NCBI RefSeq assembly: GCF_035084215.1
Contig: NC_090353.1
Location: 36,580,001 to 36,644,000 of the forward strand
Reading direction: 5' to 3'
Length of the DNA stretch: 64,000 bases
Origin: Heptranchias perlo
Taxonomy: Eukaryota
Each line of letters opens with the position of its first letter. Position 1 is the first letter of the stretch. This document shows positions 23,101-32,100 of the stretch, piece after piece. The notes beneath the pieces are model-generated. The model did no database searches. It was not told where the DNA came from and saw only the letters and a list, made by a program, of their open reading frames with translations. The translations under genes and the position numbers were made by a program.

Positions 23101-23451
23101 CAGGGATTGGGGTTGATTTTGGGGTTGATTTTGGGGTTGGGGTTGGAATGGGAATGAGGGCAGGGTTTGGGCCACGGCCTGGGCCTGGGCCTCCTGCTCC
23201 TGATGCCTCCTCCTGCTGCTCCTGGTCCTCCCCCCTACTCCAGGGCTCTCAGTCCCCGCCTCCCCATCCCCTTCCCCTTGCCCATCCCTGCCGCCCGCCT
23301 GCGACCCTTGCCCGGGCGGGTCCTGCCTGTCCTCCGCCCCCTCGGGGTTGGAGCGGGTGCTGGGTCTCTGATCCGTGGGCCCCGAAGCCTCGGGCTCGGG
23401 CTCAGAGCCGGCCGGGGCCTCTCTCCCTTCCTCAGCGGCCGCCGACGACAT
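7930..23451 (-). CDS. BABAM1: BABAM1 / MERIT40 (BRISC and BRCA1-A complex member 1), complete 8-exon CDS, about 467 aa
   Basis: join(23451-22753, 21401-21343, 17929-17809, 17495-17417, 15362-15338, 11098-10969, 8653-8567, 8133-7930) = 1404 bp with consistent phases; translation contains TRSNPEGAEDR, RTPKVNCPEKVIICLDLS, FVRTKHKIDK, PYFFFDV, LHNCMAKLLAHPLQRP and ends EVEATV*. Confidence 0.97.
8240..8530 (+). mobile_element. Deu-domain SINE (partial)
   Basis: tRNA B-box GGTTCGAGCCC plus Deu core. Confidence 0.8.
8567..8653 (-). CDS. BABAM1: BABAM1 coding exon 7
   Basis: KILQSPYFFFDVIYIHNGTEEMDEDSGCK; CAG acceptor, GTAGGT donor; 87 bp. Confidence 0.95.
9631..10195. repeat. 29-bp minisatellite, about 19 copies
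   Basis: CCCACCTCCCCCATCATATTCCCTCCATT. Confidence 0.95.
10375..10600 (+). mobile_element. Third SINE-like dispersed repeat (tRNA-like head)
   Basis: GTGGCTCAGTGG head; GAGTTAGCTGAT...TTGGCCTCAGTGCCCC block recurs at about 11180 and, inverted, around 26560/27035. Confidence 0.5.
10969..11098 (-). CDS. BABAM1: BABAM1 coding exon 6
   Basis: QQKIELPVTENVQIIPPPYIVRMILVYIRTPCHPQLVSTERLN; CAG acceptor, GTGAGT donor; 130 bp. Confidence 0.95.
11525..11970 (+). mobile_element. Deu-domain SINE, near full length
   Basis: A box TGGCTCAGTGG, B box GTTCAAGTCC, Deu core, L2-like tail. Confidence 0.85.
11975..14515 (+). mobile_element. CR1 LINE ORF2 fragment with a nested CR1 3' fragment at 12676-13027
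   Basis: RT motifs PEDWRIANVTPLFKKG, QHGF, GVPQGSVLGP, KFADET; interrupted by an insert flanked by an ATCTT duplication. Confidence 0.92.
14530..15028 (-). mobile_element. CR1 LINE 3' fragment (different subfamily)
   Basis: ERVQKRFTRMLPGL...NFFTQRVVSVWN; (ATTCTATG)n tail. Confidence 0.9.
15338..15362 (-). CDS. BABAM1: BABAM1 coding exon 5 (25-bp micro-exon)
   Basis: (N)LDGLFNL(I); CAG acceptor with a U12-like branch point, GTGAGT donor; restores frame between exons 4 and 6. Confidence 0.92.
15400..15980 (-). mobile_element. CR1 LINE 3' fragment
   Basis: RRLRGDLIEVFKIMKG...NFLTQRVVRMWN. Confidence 0.85.
16526..17088. repeat. 44-bp minisatellite, about 12 copies
   Basis: CAGTGTTATACAGTGACAGACCTGTACCCACCAGTACTGTACCC. 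Confidence 0.95.
17417..17495 (-). CDS. BABAM1: BABAM1 coding exon 4
   Basis: LSGFTSDPREVCSCLYDLDTNVCESF; CAG acceptor, GTATCCTTTT (U12-type) donor; 79 bp. Confidence 0.95.
17809..17929 (-). CDS. BABAM1: BABAM1 coding exon 3
   Basis: SKTNALNIAQKMIEMFVRTKHKIDKRHEFALVVVNDEVTW; CAG acceptor, GTAAGA donor; 121 bp. Confidence 0.96.
18116..18152 (-). ncRNA. Second minimal hammerhead ribozyme motif (inverted copy, sense to BABAM1)
   Basis: Exact reverse complement of 19679-19715. Confidence 0.62.
19679..19715 (+). ncRNA. Minimal hammerhead ribozyme motif in the Penelope terminal repeat
   Basis: TCAC-CTGACGA-A-GGAG(GAAAG)CTCC-GAAA-GCTT-GTGA: stem I TCAC/GTGA, CUGANGA and GAAA cores, stem II, palindromic AGCT stem III. 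Confidence 0.65.
19806..20210 (-). mobile_element. CR1 LINE 3' fragment
   Basis: LRGDLIEVFKI, FFTQRV, ATGATTCT tail. Confidence 0.85.
20745..21290 (-). mobile_element. CR1 LINE 3' fragment containing a short Penelope-type hammerhead-like remnant (about 20777-20865)
   Basis: RKLRGDLIEVFKI...; insert CTAATGAAGGGTCATTGACCTGAAAAGTTAAC. Confidence 0.8.
21343..21401 (-). CDS. BABAM1: BABAM1 coding exon 2
   Basis: IICLDLSDEMSLQKLESMNG; CAG acceptor, GTTAGG donor; 59 bp. Confidence 0.95.
22075..22510 (+). mobile_element. CR1 LINE 3' fragment
   Basis: ALEKVQKRFTRI, NFFTQRVVRMWNSL. Confidence 0.85.
22753..23451 (-). CDS. BABAM1: BABAM1 coding exon 1
   Basis: AAGATGT start; MSSAAAEEG...RSNPEGAEDR...QIRTPKVNCPEKV; GTAAGT donor; 699 bp, phase 0. 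Confidence 0.93.
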
Positions 23452-23720
23452 CTTTCCACCACACCGAACCGAACCGGAAACGGGGGAGGCGGAAGTCGCT
23501 GCTCGCGCAACGCTTTCTGGGAGTTGTAGTTCGTTCCGGCTCCGTTTCCGGGAGGCGGCAATGAAGGAAGGACTACAGTCCCAGAGTGCACCGCGCCGCC
23601 GCCCCGGTCAGGGTCGCTCCGTGGAGCATTGTGGGAGATGTAGTTCCTCGGCCCGTCGCTCCCATTACAAACAACAGGGGGAAAACTACAGCTCCCAGAA
23701 CGCTCTGCGCAGCCAGCCCC
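23452..23720. promoter_or_regulatory. CpG-rich BABAM1 promoter (possibly shared with USHBP1) with four ZNF143/SBS motifs and ETS sites
   Basis: CTGGGAGTTGTAGT 23517-23530, ACTACAGTCCCAG 23572-23584, TGGGAGATGTAGT 23632-23644, ACTACAGCTCCCAG 23685-23698; CCGGAA/CGGAAGT cores. Confidence 0.8.
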
Positions 23721-24150
23721 CGAACCCATGTCCAAGCCTCTGGCATTATTATCCATCTATAAATATATATAAAGCATCCTTTTAAATTAATTTCGTTATA
23801 ATGCATCTGATCGATTCCAGCATAAAATATCAGTAAATCTAGGCAAAGAAGAAATTCCTGCCTTAATTACGTTCTAATTTTAAGAGAGTGGGTGATTTAT
23901 TGTTTCACAAGCTGTTGCTGTTGTCAGTAGGGGCCAGGGAGGGCGATTTATTTTTCTCAATTATATCTGTTCTATATGTATTAGACATGTTACATCTGCA
24001 TGCATTTCCTGTCAACTTTTTGGATGGATATATACTCGAAAAGGAGTAATTGCAGGGCTGTGGAGAAAGGGCTGGGGAGGGGGGACTAATTGGATAGCTC
24101 TTTCAAAGAGGCACGATGGGCTGAATGGCCTCCTTCTGCCTGATTCTGTC

Positions 24151-24321
24151 AAATTCCCCTGTCCATCTTTATAATGGAAACTACCTATGTAAACTTGTCA
24201 CACTGTAATTACACCCTCCCAGCAGTGGAGGTGCTGCAGGGCCAACGTTGGCAGGAGTTGTAATTACAGTGTGACAAGTTTACGTGGGCAGTTTCCATTA
24301 TAAATGTGGACATGGGAATTT
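24151..24321. repeat. Long imperfect palindrome / MITE-like hairpin
   Basis: Arms of about 68 bp (24151-24219 and 24254-24321) are reverse complements, e.g. TAAACTTGTCACACTGTAATTAC vs GTAATTACAGTGTGACAAGTTTA. Confidence 0.85.
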
Positions 24322-24941
24322 ATAATTGAAATTTAAAAATAAGGACAGAATGTATGACTTTAAAATAGGGACTGAATTAGGTTTTGTGCTCTGATCCAAT
24401 TATCCCTTGCTTCACCTGAAGGCTACACTTGGTTTTGGCTCCCCATGTGCAACACTACAGCAGGATTGATATTAGCATCCCACGAATATCAGGGAGGAGG
24501 AGGGAAAAATTGATTTTTTTTTGTACATCGTTAAAGCAGGAGCTTTGAGACACTGAGGGAAAAAAAGGCACAAAATCCATAAAGGAACTGCACTGTTTTT
24601 ATTGATGGGTTTTTGATAAAAGATCTTGTTGTTTGTGACCTGATCATGCAGTTCACCTGAAAATAAAGTTACTGCTTCAACCAAATGTTGCCGTGTCATT
24701 CATGCTGCAAAAAAAACCTCCAGCTTTCCAGCCTCCTTTCTATAAAAGAAGAACTTGCATTTATATAGCACCTTTGACGATCTCAGTATATCCCAAATCA
24801 CTTCATGGCCAATAAATTACTTCTAAAGTGTAGACACTGTTGTTATGTAGGGGAAATGCAGCAGCCAATTTGCGCATAGCAAGGTCCCACATACAAGTAA
24901 TGAGATAAATGTCTAATTAAACTTTTTTAGCATTGCTGATT

Positions 24942-25145
24942 GACTGAGTGTCCCAGCACTGACTGTGTGTACAACAGGACTGAGTGTCCCAGCACTGACT
25001 CTGTGTATAACAGGACTGAGTGTCCCAGCACTGACTGTGTGTATAACAGGACTGAGTGTCCCAGCACTGACTGTGTGTGTAGCAGGACTGAGTGTCCCAG
25101 CACTGACTGTGTGTATAACAGGACTGAATGTCCCAGCACTGACTG
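24942..25145. repeat. 36-bp minisatellite, about 5.5 copies
   Basis: GACTGAGTGTCCCAGCACTGACTGTGTGTATAACAG. Confidence 0.93.
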
Positions 25146-25267
25146 GGAGTAATTTTGACTTTGTACAATAGTGTAAAATGAATTGGCAGCCCATTTTACA
25201 TCTCTCCCGAGTTTTAGTTCCATTGTAGTCATTTTTCCATGCGTTTGGTGTATTTCCACAATTGGAG

Positions 25268-25815
25268 AATTGTGCACAGTTCTAGTCTCCATATTCCAAA
25301 AAGGATTTAGAGACACTGGAGAAGGTGCAGAAAAGATTTACAAGGATGATACCAGAACTGAGAGGATATAACTTTCAGGAAAGATTGAACAGGCTGGGGC
25401 TCTTTTCTCTAGAAGAGAAGGCTGAGGGGTGACCTGATAGAGGTCTTTAAGATTATGAAAGGGTTTGATAGGGTAGACGTAGAGAAGATGTTTCCACTTG
25501 TGGGGGAGACCAGAACTAGGGGCCATAAATATAAGATAGTCACTAATAAATCCAATAGGGAATTCAGGAGAAACTTCTTTACCCAGAGAGTGGTGAGAAT
25601 GTGGAACTCGCTACCGCAAGGAGTAGATGAGGTGAATAGTGTAGATACATTTAAGGGGAAGCTGGATAAACACATGAGGGAGAAAGGAATAGAAGGATAT
25701 GCTGATAGGGTGAGATGAAGTAGGGAGGGAGGAGGCTCATGTGGAGCATAAACACCGGCATGGACCAGTTGGGCCAAATGGCCTGTTTCTGTGCTGTAAA
25801 TTCTATGTAATTCTA
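25268..25815 (+). mobile_element. CR1 LINE 3' fragment
   Basis: MKGFDRVDVEKMFPL...RNFFTQRVVRMWNSLP. Confidence 0.9.
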
Positions 25816-26165
25816 ATGCGTTTGATGTGATTCGCATGTGTTGATTCTCTGTGTGTGAGGGTTAAACTGAAAGAGGAAATTAAAATCCAAAGGATGTTGA
25901 CTTGGAAACAGCACCAGAGGAAGGGCGATTCCTAATTTTGCCAGGAAAGGAAATCTTGGCGACGGCTGATTGTGAACAAATCCCAAATTTGATTACACAA
26001 CCCTCAAGTCAGTGAAAACCAAGGAGAAGGAACAGCAAGAGGGTGGCAAACTCCTAGAAAACCCTTCCCTTCACCGTCCATCGGTGAGCCACTTCTGTGA
26101 GGAAAGAGAAAGAAAGAGCAGGAGGTAAAAGGCCAGAACTCCGGAGGTGGATTCGCTGCTCAGGA

Positions 26166-26171
26166 ATGGAG
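26166..26171 (+). CDS. USHBP1: USHBP1 tentative first coding exon (ME)
   Basis: GGAATGGAG followed by a GTACGG donor; phase 0 fits the next exon; no homology support. Confidence 0.4.
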
Positions 26172-29100
26172 GTACGGTCTTACAGAAAGTGGTGACTCCT
26201 TCCCTCAGACTCCTTGATCTGTTCAATAAATAAACCATCGTCTCTCTAACTTGCTGCACTGAGGGATCCCTGATCTTTCGATCCTTGTGAGGAGCTGTTA
26301 TCTCCAACAGGGACCTTTCACCCTGGGATCAGGGGCTGACTCTAGTTTGGGCTGATGGGATCTTTATCTCCTGTTGCTACTGGCCGCAAAGGCTCTCTGT
26401 ATGGGCATTCTTGATGAGTGAGCACAGTTCTGGTCTCCTATTAATGACCTCTAGTTCAATCAAGGGGACCCTCCTCTCCACACTCAATGTTCATTCCAGA
26501 AAGGGCCAGGACAGTCATCAGGATTGAGAAACTGGGCTAATTTTCCCCTCCCTTCAGCAGAGGAGCTGAGGCCAATTACAGCCCCTCCCCCGCACTCCCT
26601 CCCCCCAACTACCCCATCCCTGGCTGATGGGTGACCTGATAGAGGTCTTTAAGATTATGAAGGGGTTCGAGAGGGTAGACGTAGAGAAGATGTTTCCACT
26701 TGTGGGGGGAGACCAGAACTAGGGGCCATAAATATAAGATCGTCACTAATAAATCCAATAGGGAATTCAGGAGAAACTTCTTTACCCAGAGAGTGGTGAG
26801 AATGTGGAACTCGCTCCCACAAGGAGTAGTTGAGGCGAATAGTGTAGATACATTTAAGGGGAAGCTCGATAAACACATGAGGGAGAAAGGAATAGAAGGA
26901 TATGCTGATAGGGTGAGATGAAGTAGGGAGGGAGGAGGCTCATGTGGAGCATAAACGCTGGCATAGACCAGTTGGGCCGAATGGCCTGTTTCCATGCTGT
27001 ACATTCTATGTAATTCTATGTAACTCCACAAGATCAGCTAACTCCGGACAGACCTGGGATTGAACCCGGAGTGTTCCTGGTCTGTGTGAGACTCAGTAAC
27101 ACATCGGACAGTGCATCAACCCATCGAAGCTTTGGGTAGCCCCACATCTTTCAATAAGTTGTTTTAAAAATAACTTTTTTAATTTCATGTGAAGTAACTT
27201 GTGTTTTGGATTGTCTCCTATCTACTTGTGGATCAGTTCCGAAACAAACCCAGGTTACAGGTCAGCACCTGTCAATCACTGAGCAACCAGACGGACTGGA
27301 AAGGAACTTCCTCCATCATTAAGTGGTGAAGAAGGATTTCCTGTTTCATTTTAGTGCAGCCACTGCTCCCAACAACAGCAACAACATGTATTTATATCGC
27401 AGTATTTATATGACACGCAGTGCAGTGTAATATCACACAGCCCCGTCACTTGACCCCGTCACACGAACCCGTCACGCACCCGTCATACAACCATGTCTCA
27501 TGGCCCCGTCACACAGGCCTGTCACGCGGCCCTGTCGCACATGGCCATATCACGCGGCCCCGTCACATGGCCCTGTCACACATGGCCTGTTACGCGACCC
27601 TGTCACACACTGCCCTGTCACATGGCCCTGTCACACACGGCCCTGTCACACGGCCCTGTCACACATGGCCTGTTACGCGACCCTGTCACACACTGCCCTG
27701 TCACATGGCCCTGTCACACACTGCCCTGTCACATGGCCCTGTCACACACGGCCCTGTCACACACGGACCTGTCACACAGCCCCGTCACACAGCGTAGTGC
27801 AGTGGTGTGAATACTATTTCTTTCTGTCTCTTCAGTGCTCGGACTCTCTGTTGATTGATCAGTACACGGTGGAGGAGGAGGACGGAGAGGCGGAGGCGGA
27901 GAAGGAGGAGCAGGAAGAGGAGGAGGAGGAGGAGGAGGAGGCACTCGCTGTGCTGCGGTATGAGGGGCAGATCACAGAATTACTTGTTGTTATCGCTGAG
28001 CTGAACAGGAAGATTGACAGACTGACAGTGACGACTATCAGGTGTGTACTGATTTATCGGCCCCTCCTTCCCTGAACAGCACTGACCCCAGGCAGGGGGA
28101 CGAGTCCCACAGGGTCCCATCGAGGAAGTGTCGGAATTCGCTCCTTCTCATTTCTTTTTGTTCCCATGACTCACAACCCAAGTTCTGCTCAATGCACCAA
28201 GCTTCCCCACGGCTCCCCTACAGGGACAATCGACAGATAACGTCAGGCCTGTAAGAAAGAAAGAACTTGCATTTATATAGCGCCTTTCACAACCTCAGGA
28301 TGTCTCAAATCGCTTTACAGCCGATGAAGTACTTTTGAAGTGTAGTCAGTGTTGTAATGCAGGAAACGCGGCAGCCAATTTGCGCACAGCAAGATCCCAC
28401 AAACAGCAATGAGATAAATAACCAGATAATCTGTTTTTTTGGTGATGTTGGTTGAGGGATAAATATTGGCCCCAGGACACCTTCCCTGCTCTTCTTCGAA
28501 ATATTGACCGTGGGATCTTTTACGTCCACCTGAGAGGGCAGACATGACCGCGGTTTAACACCGCATCCGAAAGACGGCGCCTCCGACAGTGCAGCACTCC
28601 CTCAGAACTGCGCTGGGAGTGTCGGCCTGGATTATGGGCTCAGGTTCCTGCAGTGGGCCTTGAACCCACGACTCAGAGGTGAGAGTGCTGCCCACTGAGC
28701 CACAGCTCGCACCCTTGAACTTACTATGGAACAGTCACACTAAGAGGAACAGGGTACGGTAGCATAGTGGTTATGTTACTGGGCTAGTAATCCAGAGGCC
28801 TGGACTAAAATCCAGAGTCATGAGTTCAAATCCCGCCATGGCAGCTGGCGAATTTAAAATTCAATTAATTAAATAAAAATCTGGAATTAAAATACTAGTA
28901 TCAGTAATGATGGCCATGAAACTACCGGATTGTCGTAAAAACCCATCTGGTTCACTAATGTCCTTTAGGGAAGGAAGCCTGCCGTCCTTACCCGGTCTGG
29001 CCTATATGTGACTCCAGACCCACAGCAATGTGGTTGATTCTTAATTGCCCTCTGAAATGGCCTAGCAAGCCACTCAGTTGTAAAATCTCACTCAAGAAGG

Positions 29101-32100
29101 CAGCTCACTGCCACCTTCTTAAGGGCAATTAGGGATGGGCAATAAATGCCGGCCTTGCCAGTGACACCCACATCCCGTGAACAAATAAAAAAAAAACTCT
29201 CACCCACTGCCACGCTCCGGAGAATCCCACCCGTACAATCACCCCACCATCAAGGCCAAGAGTTTGTAGATTTAGAGTTTAGTGTTCTCTGTTACTGACT
29301 CCAGCTAAAAGGACGGAACTTTCCAGAAAAAACAGGAATTCCCCCCCCCCCCCTGCCGTGTAAAACATAAACCACTCCCTGGCCTTTTCTTAGCTCCATG
29401 GAGGGATAGACCGAGTAATTACAGGCCAGTCAGTCTAACCTCGATGGTGGGCAAATTATTGGAATCAATTCTGAGGGACAAGATAAACGGTCACTCAGAA
29501 AGGCACGGAGTAATCAAGGACAGTCAGCACGGATTTGTTAAGGGAAGGTTGTGTTTGACTAACTTGATTGAATTTTTTGAGGCGGTAACAAGGAGGGTCG
29601 ATGAGGGTTGCGCGTTTGATGTAGTCTACATGGATTTCAGCAAGGCTTTTGACAAGGTTCCACATGGCAGACTGATCAAAAAAGTAAAAGCCCATGAGAT
29701 CCAAGGGAAAGTGACAAGTTGGATCCAAAATTGGCTCAGTGGCAGGAAGCAAAGGGTAATGGTTGACAGGTGTTTTTGTGACCAGAAGGCTGTTTCCAGT
29801 GGGGTTCTGCAGGACTCAGTACTTGGTCCCTTGCTTTTTGTGGTATATATTAATGATTTGGACTTAATTGTAGGGGGCATGATCAAGAAGTTTGCAGATG
29901 ATACAAAAATTGGCCGTGTGGTTGATAGTGAGGAGGAAAGCTGTAGACTGCAGGAAGATATCAATGGACTGGTCAAGTGGGCAGAAAAGTGGCAAATGGA
30001 ATTTAATCTGGAGAAGTGTGAGGTAATGCATTTGGGGAGGGCAAACAAGGCAAGGGAGTACACAATAAATGGGAGGATACTGAAAGGTGTAGAGGAAGTG
30101 AGGGACCTTTGAGTGCATGTCCACAGATCCCTGAAGGTAGCAGGACAGGTAGATAAGGTGGTTATGGAATGCTTTCCTTTATTAGCAGAGGCATAGAATA
30201 TAGAACATAGAGCATAGAACACAATTTAGAGCCCCCTGGTTGTCTAGAAGTATACGGGGCAAGATAAAGCAGAAAAAGAAAGCTTATGACTGTCACAGAA
30301 AACTAAATACTACAGAAAGCCTAGAGGAGTATAGAAAGTACAGGGATGACGTAAAAAAGGAAATAAGGAAAGCAAAGAGAGGGCATGAAAAAATATTAGC
30401 TAGTAAGATTAAAGAAAACCCAAAGATGTTTTATCAGTACATTAAGAACAAGAGGATAGCTAAGGAAAAGGTGGGACCTATCAGGGATGATAAGGGTAAC
30501 TTGTGTGTAGAAGCAGAGGATGTGGGTAGGGTTTTAAATGAATATTTTGTCTCTGTATTCACAAAGGAAAGGGATGATCCAGATGTAGTAGTTAAAGAGG
30601 AGAGGTGTGAAATATTGGATAAGGTAAACATAACGAGAGAGGAAGTACTAGAGGGACTGGAATCCTTGAAAGTTGATAAGTTACCAGGGCCGGATGGATT
30701 GTTTCCTGGGCTATTGAAGGAAGCCAGGGAGGAAATAGCAGATGCTCTGAGGATCATTTTCCAATCCTCACTAGATACAGGGGAGGTACCGGAGGACTGG
30801 AAGACTGCAAACGTAGTACCATTGTTTAAAAAGGGTACGAGGGAAAGGCCGAACAATTATAGGCCGGTCAGTCTTACCTCGGTGGTGGGCAAACTATTAG
30901 AATCAATACTGAGAGACAGGATAAACTGTCACTTGAAAAGGCATGGTTTAATCAGGGATAGTCAGCATGGATTTGTTCAGGGAAGGTCATGCCTTACAAA
31001 TCTGATTGAATTCTTTGAGGAAGTGACAAGGAGGATTGATGAGGATGGTACAGTGGATGTTGTCTTCATGGATTTTAGTAAGGCATTTGACAAGGTCCCA
31101 CATGGCAGACTGGTCAGAAAGGTAAAAGCCCATGGGATACAGGGAAATGTGGCGAATTGGATCCAAAATTGGCTCAGTAACAGGAAACAAAGGGTAAAAG
31201 TCGATGGATGTCTTTGCGAATGGAAATCCGTTTCCAGTGGTGTGCCACAGGGCTCAGTGTTGGGTCCCTTGCTGTTTGTGGTATATATTAATGATTTGGA
31301 CTTGAATGTAGGAGGCATGATTGGCAAATTTGCAGACGATACAAAAATTGGCCGTGTAGTTGATAGTGAAGACTCCAAGAAGGCTTCAATGGGTTGGTGG
31401 AGTGGGTGGAAAAGTGGCAAATGGAGTTCAACCCGGAGAAGTGTGAGGTAATACACTTAGGGAGGGCAAACAGTAAAAGGGAATATGCAGTAAAGGGGAA
31501 TATATTGAGAGGGGTAGAGGAAGTGAGAGACCTTGGAGTGCATGTGCACAGGTCCCTGAAGATGGCAGTACAGGTAGATAAGGTTGTGAAGAAGGCATAC
31601 GGAATGCTCTCCGTTATTAGCCGAGGTATAGAATACAAAAGCCGGGATGTAATGATGGAACTGTATAAAACGCTGGTAAGGCCACAGCTGGAGTATTGTG
31701 CGCAGTTCTGGTCACCACATTACAGGAAGGACGTAATTGCTCTGGAGAGAGTGCAGAGAAGATTTACAAAAATGTTGCCAGGGCTTGAAAATTGCAGCTA
31801 CGAGGAGAGATTGGATAGGCTGGGGTTGTTTTCCTTGGAGCAGAGGAGGCTGAGGGGAGACTTGATTGAGATGTACAAAATTATGAGGGGCTCAGATAGA
31901 GTAGACAGGAAGTACCTGTTTCCCCTAGCGGAGAGTTCAAGAACTAGAGGACATAGATTTAAGCTGATTGGCGGATGGATTAGAGGGGACACGAGGAAAA
32001 ACTTTTCACCCAGAGGGTGGTGGGTGTATGGAATTCGCTGCCCAAATTGGTGGTAGAGGCAGGGACCCTCAACTCTTTTAAAAAGTACCTGGACCTGCAC

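Noticed and set aside
22711-23564. Plus-strand Gly-rich ORFs (LGLGQG / GIGTGA repeats)
   Set aside because: Antisense shadows of the BABAM1 Gln/Ser/Pro coding repeat.
30240-32056. Intact autonomous LINE
   Set aside because: 5'-truncated (no endonuclease domain or ORF1) and frameshifted near 31375.
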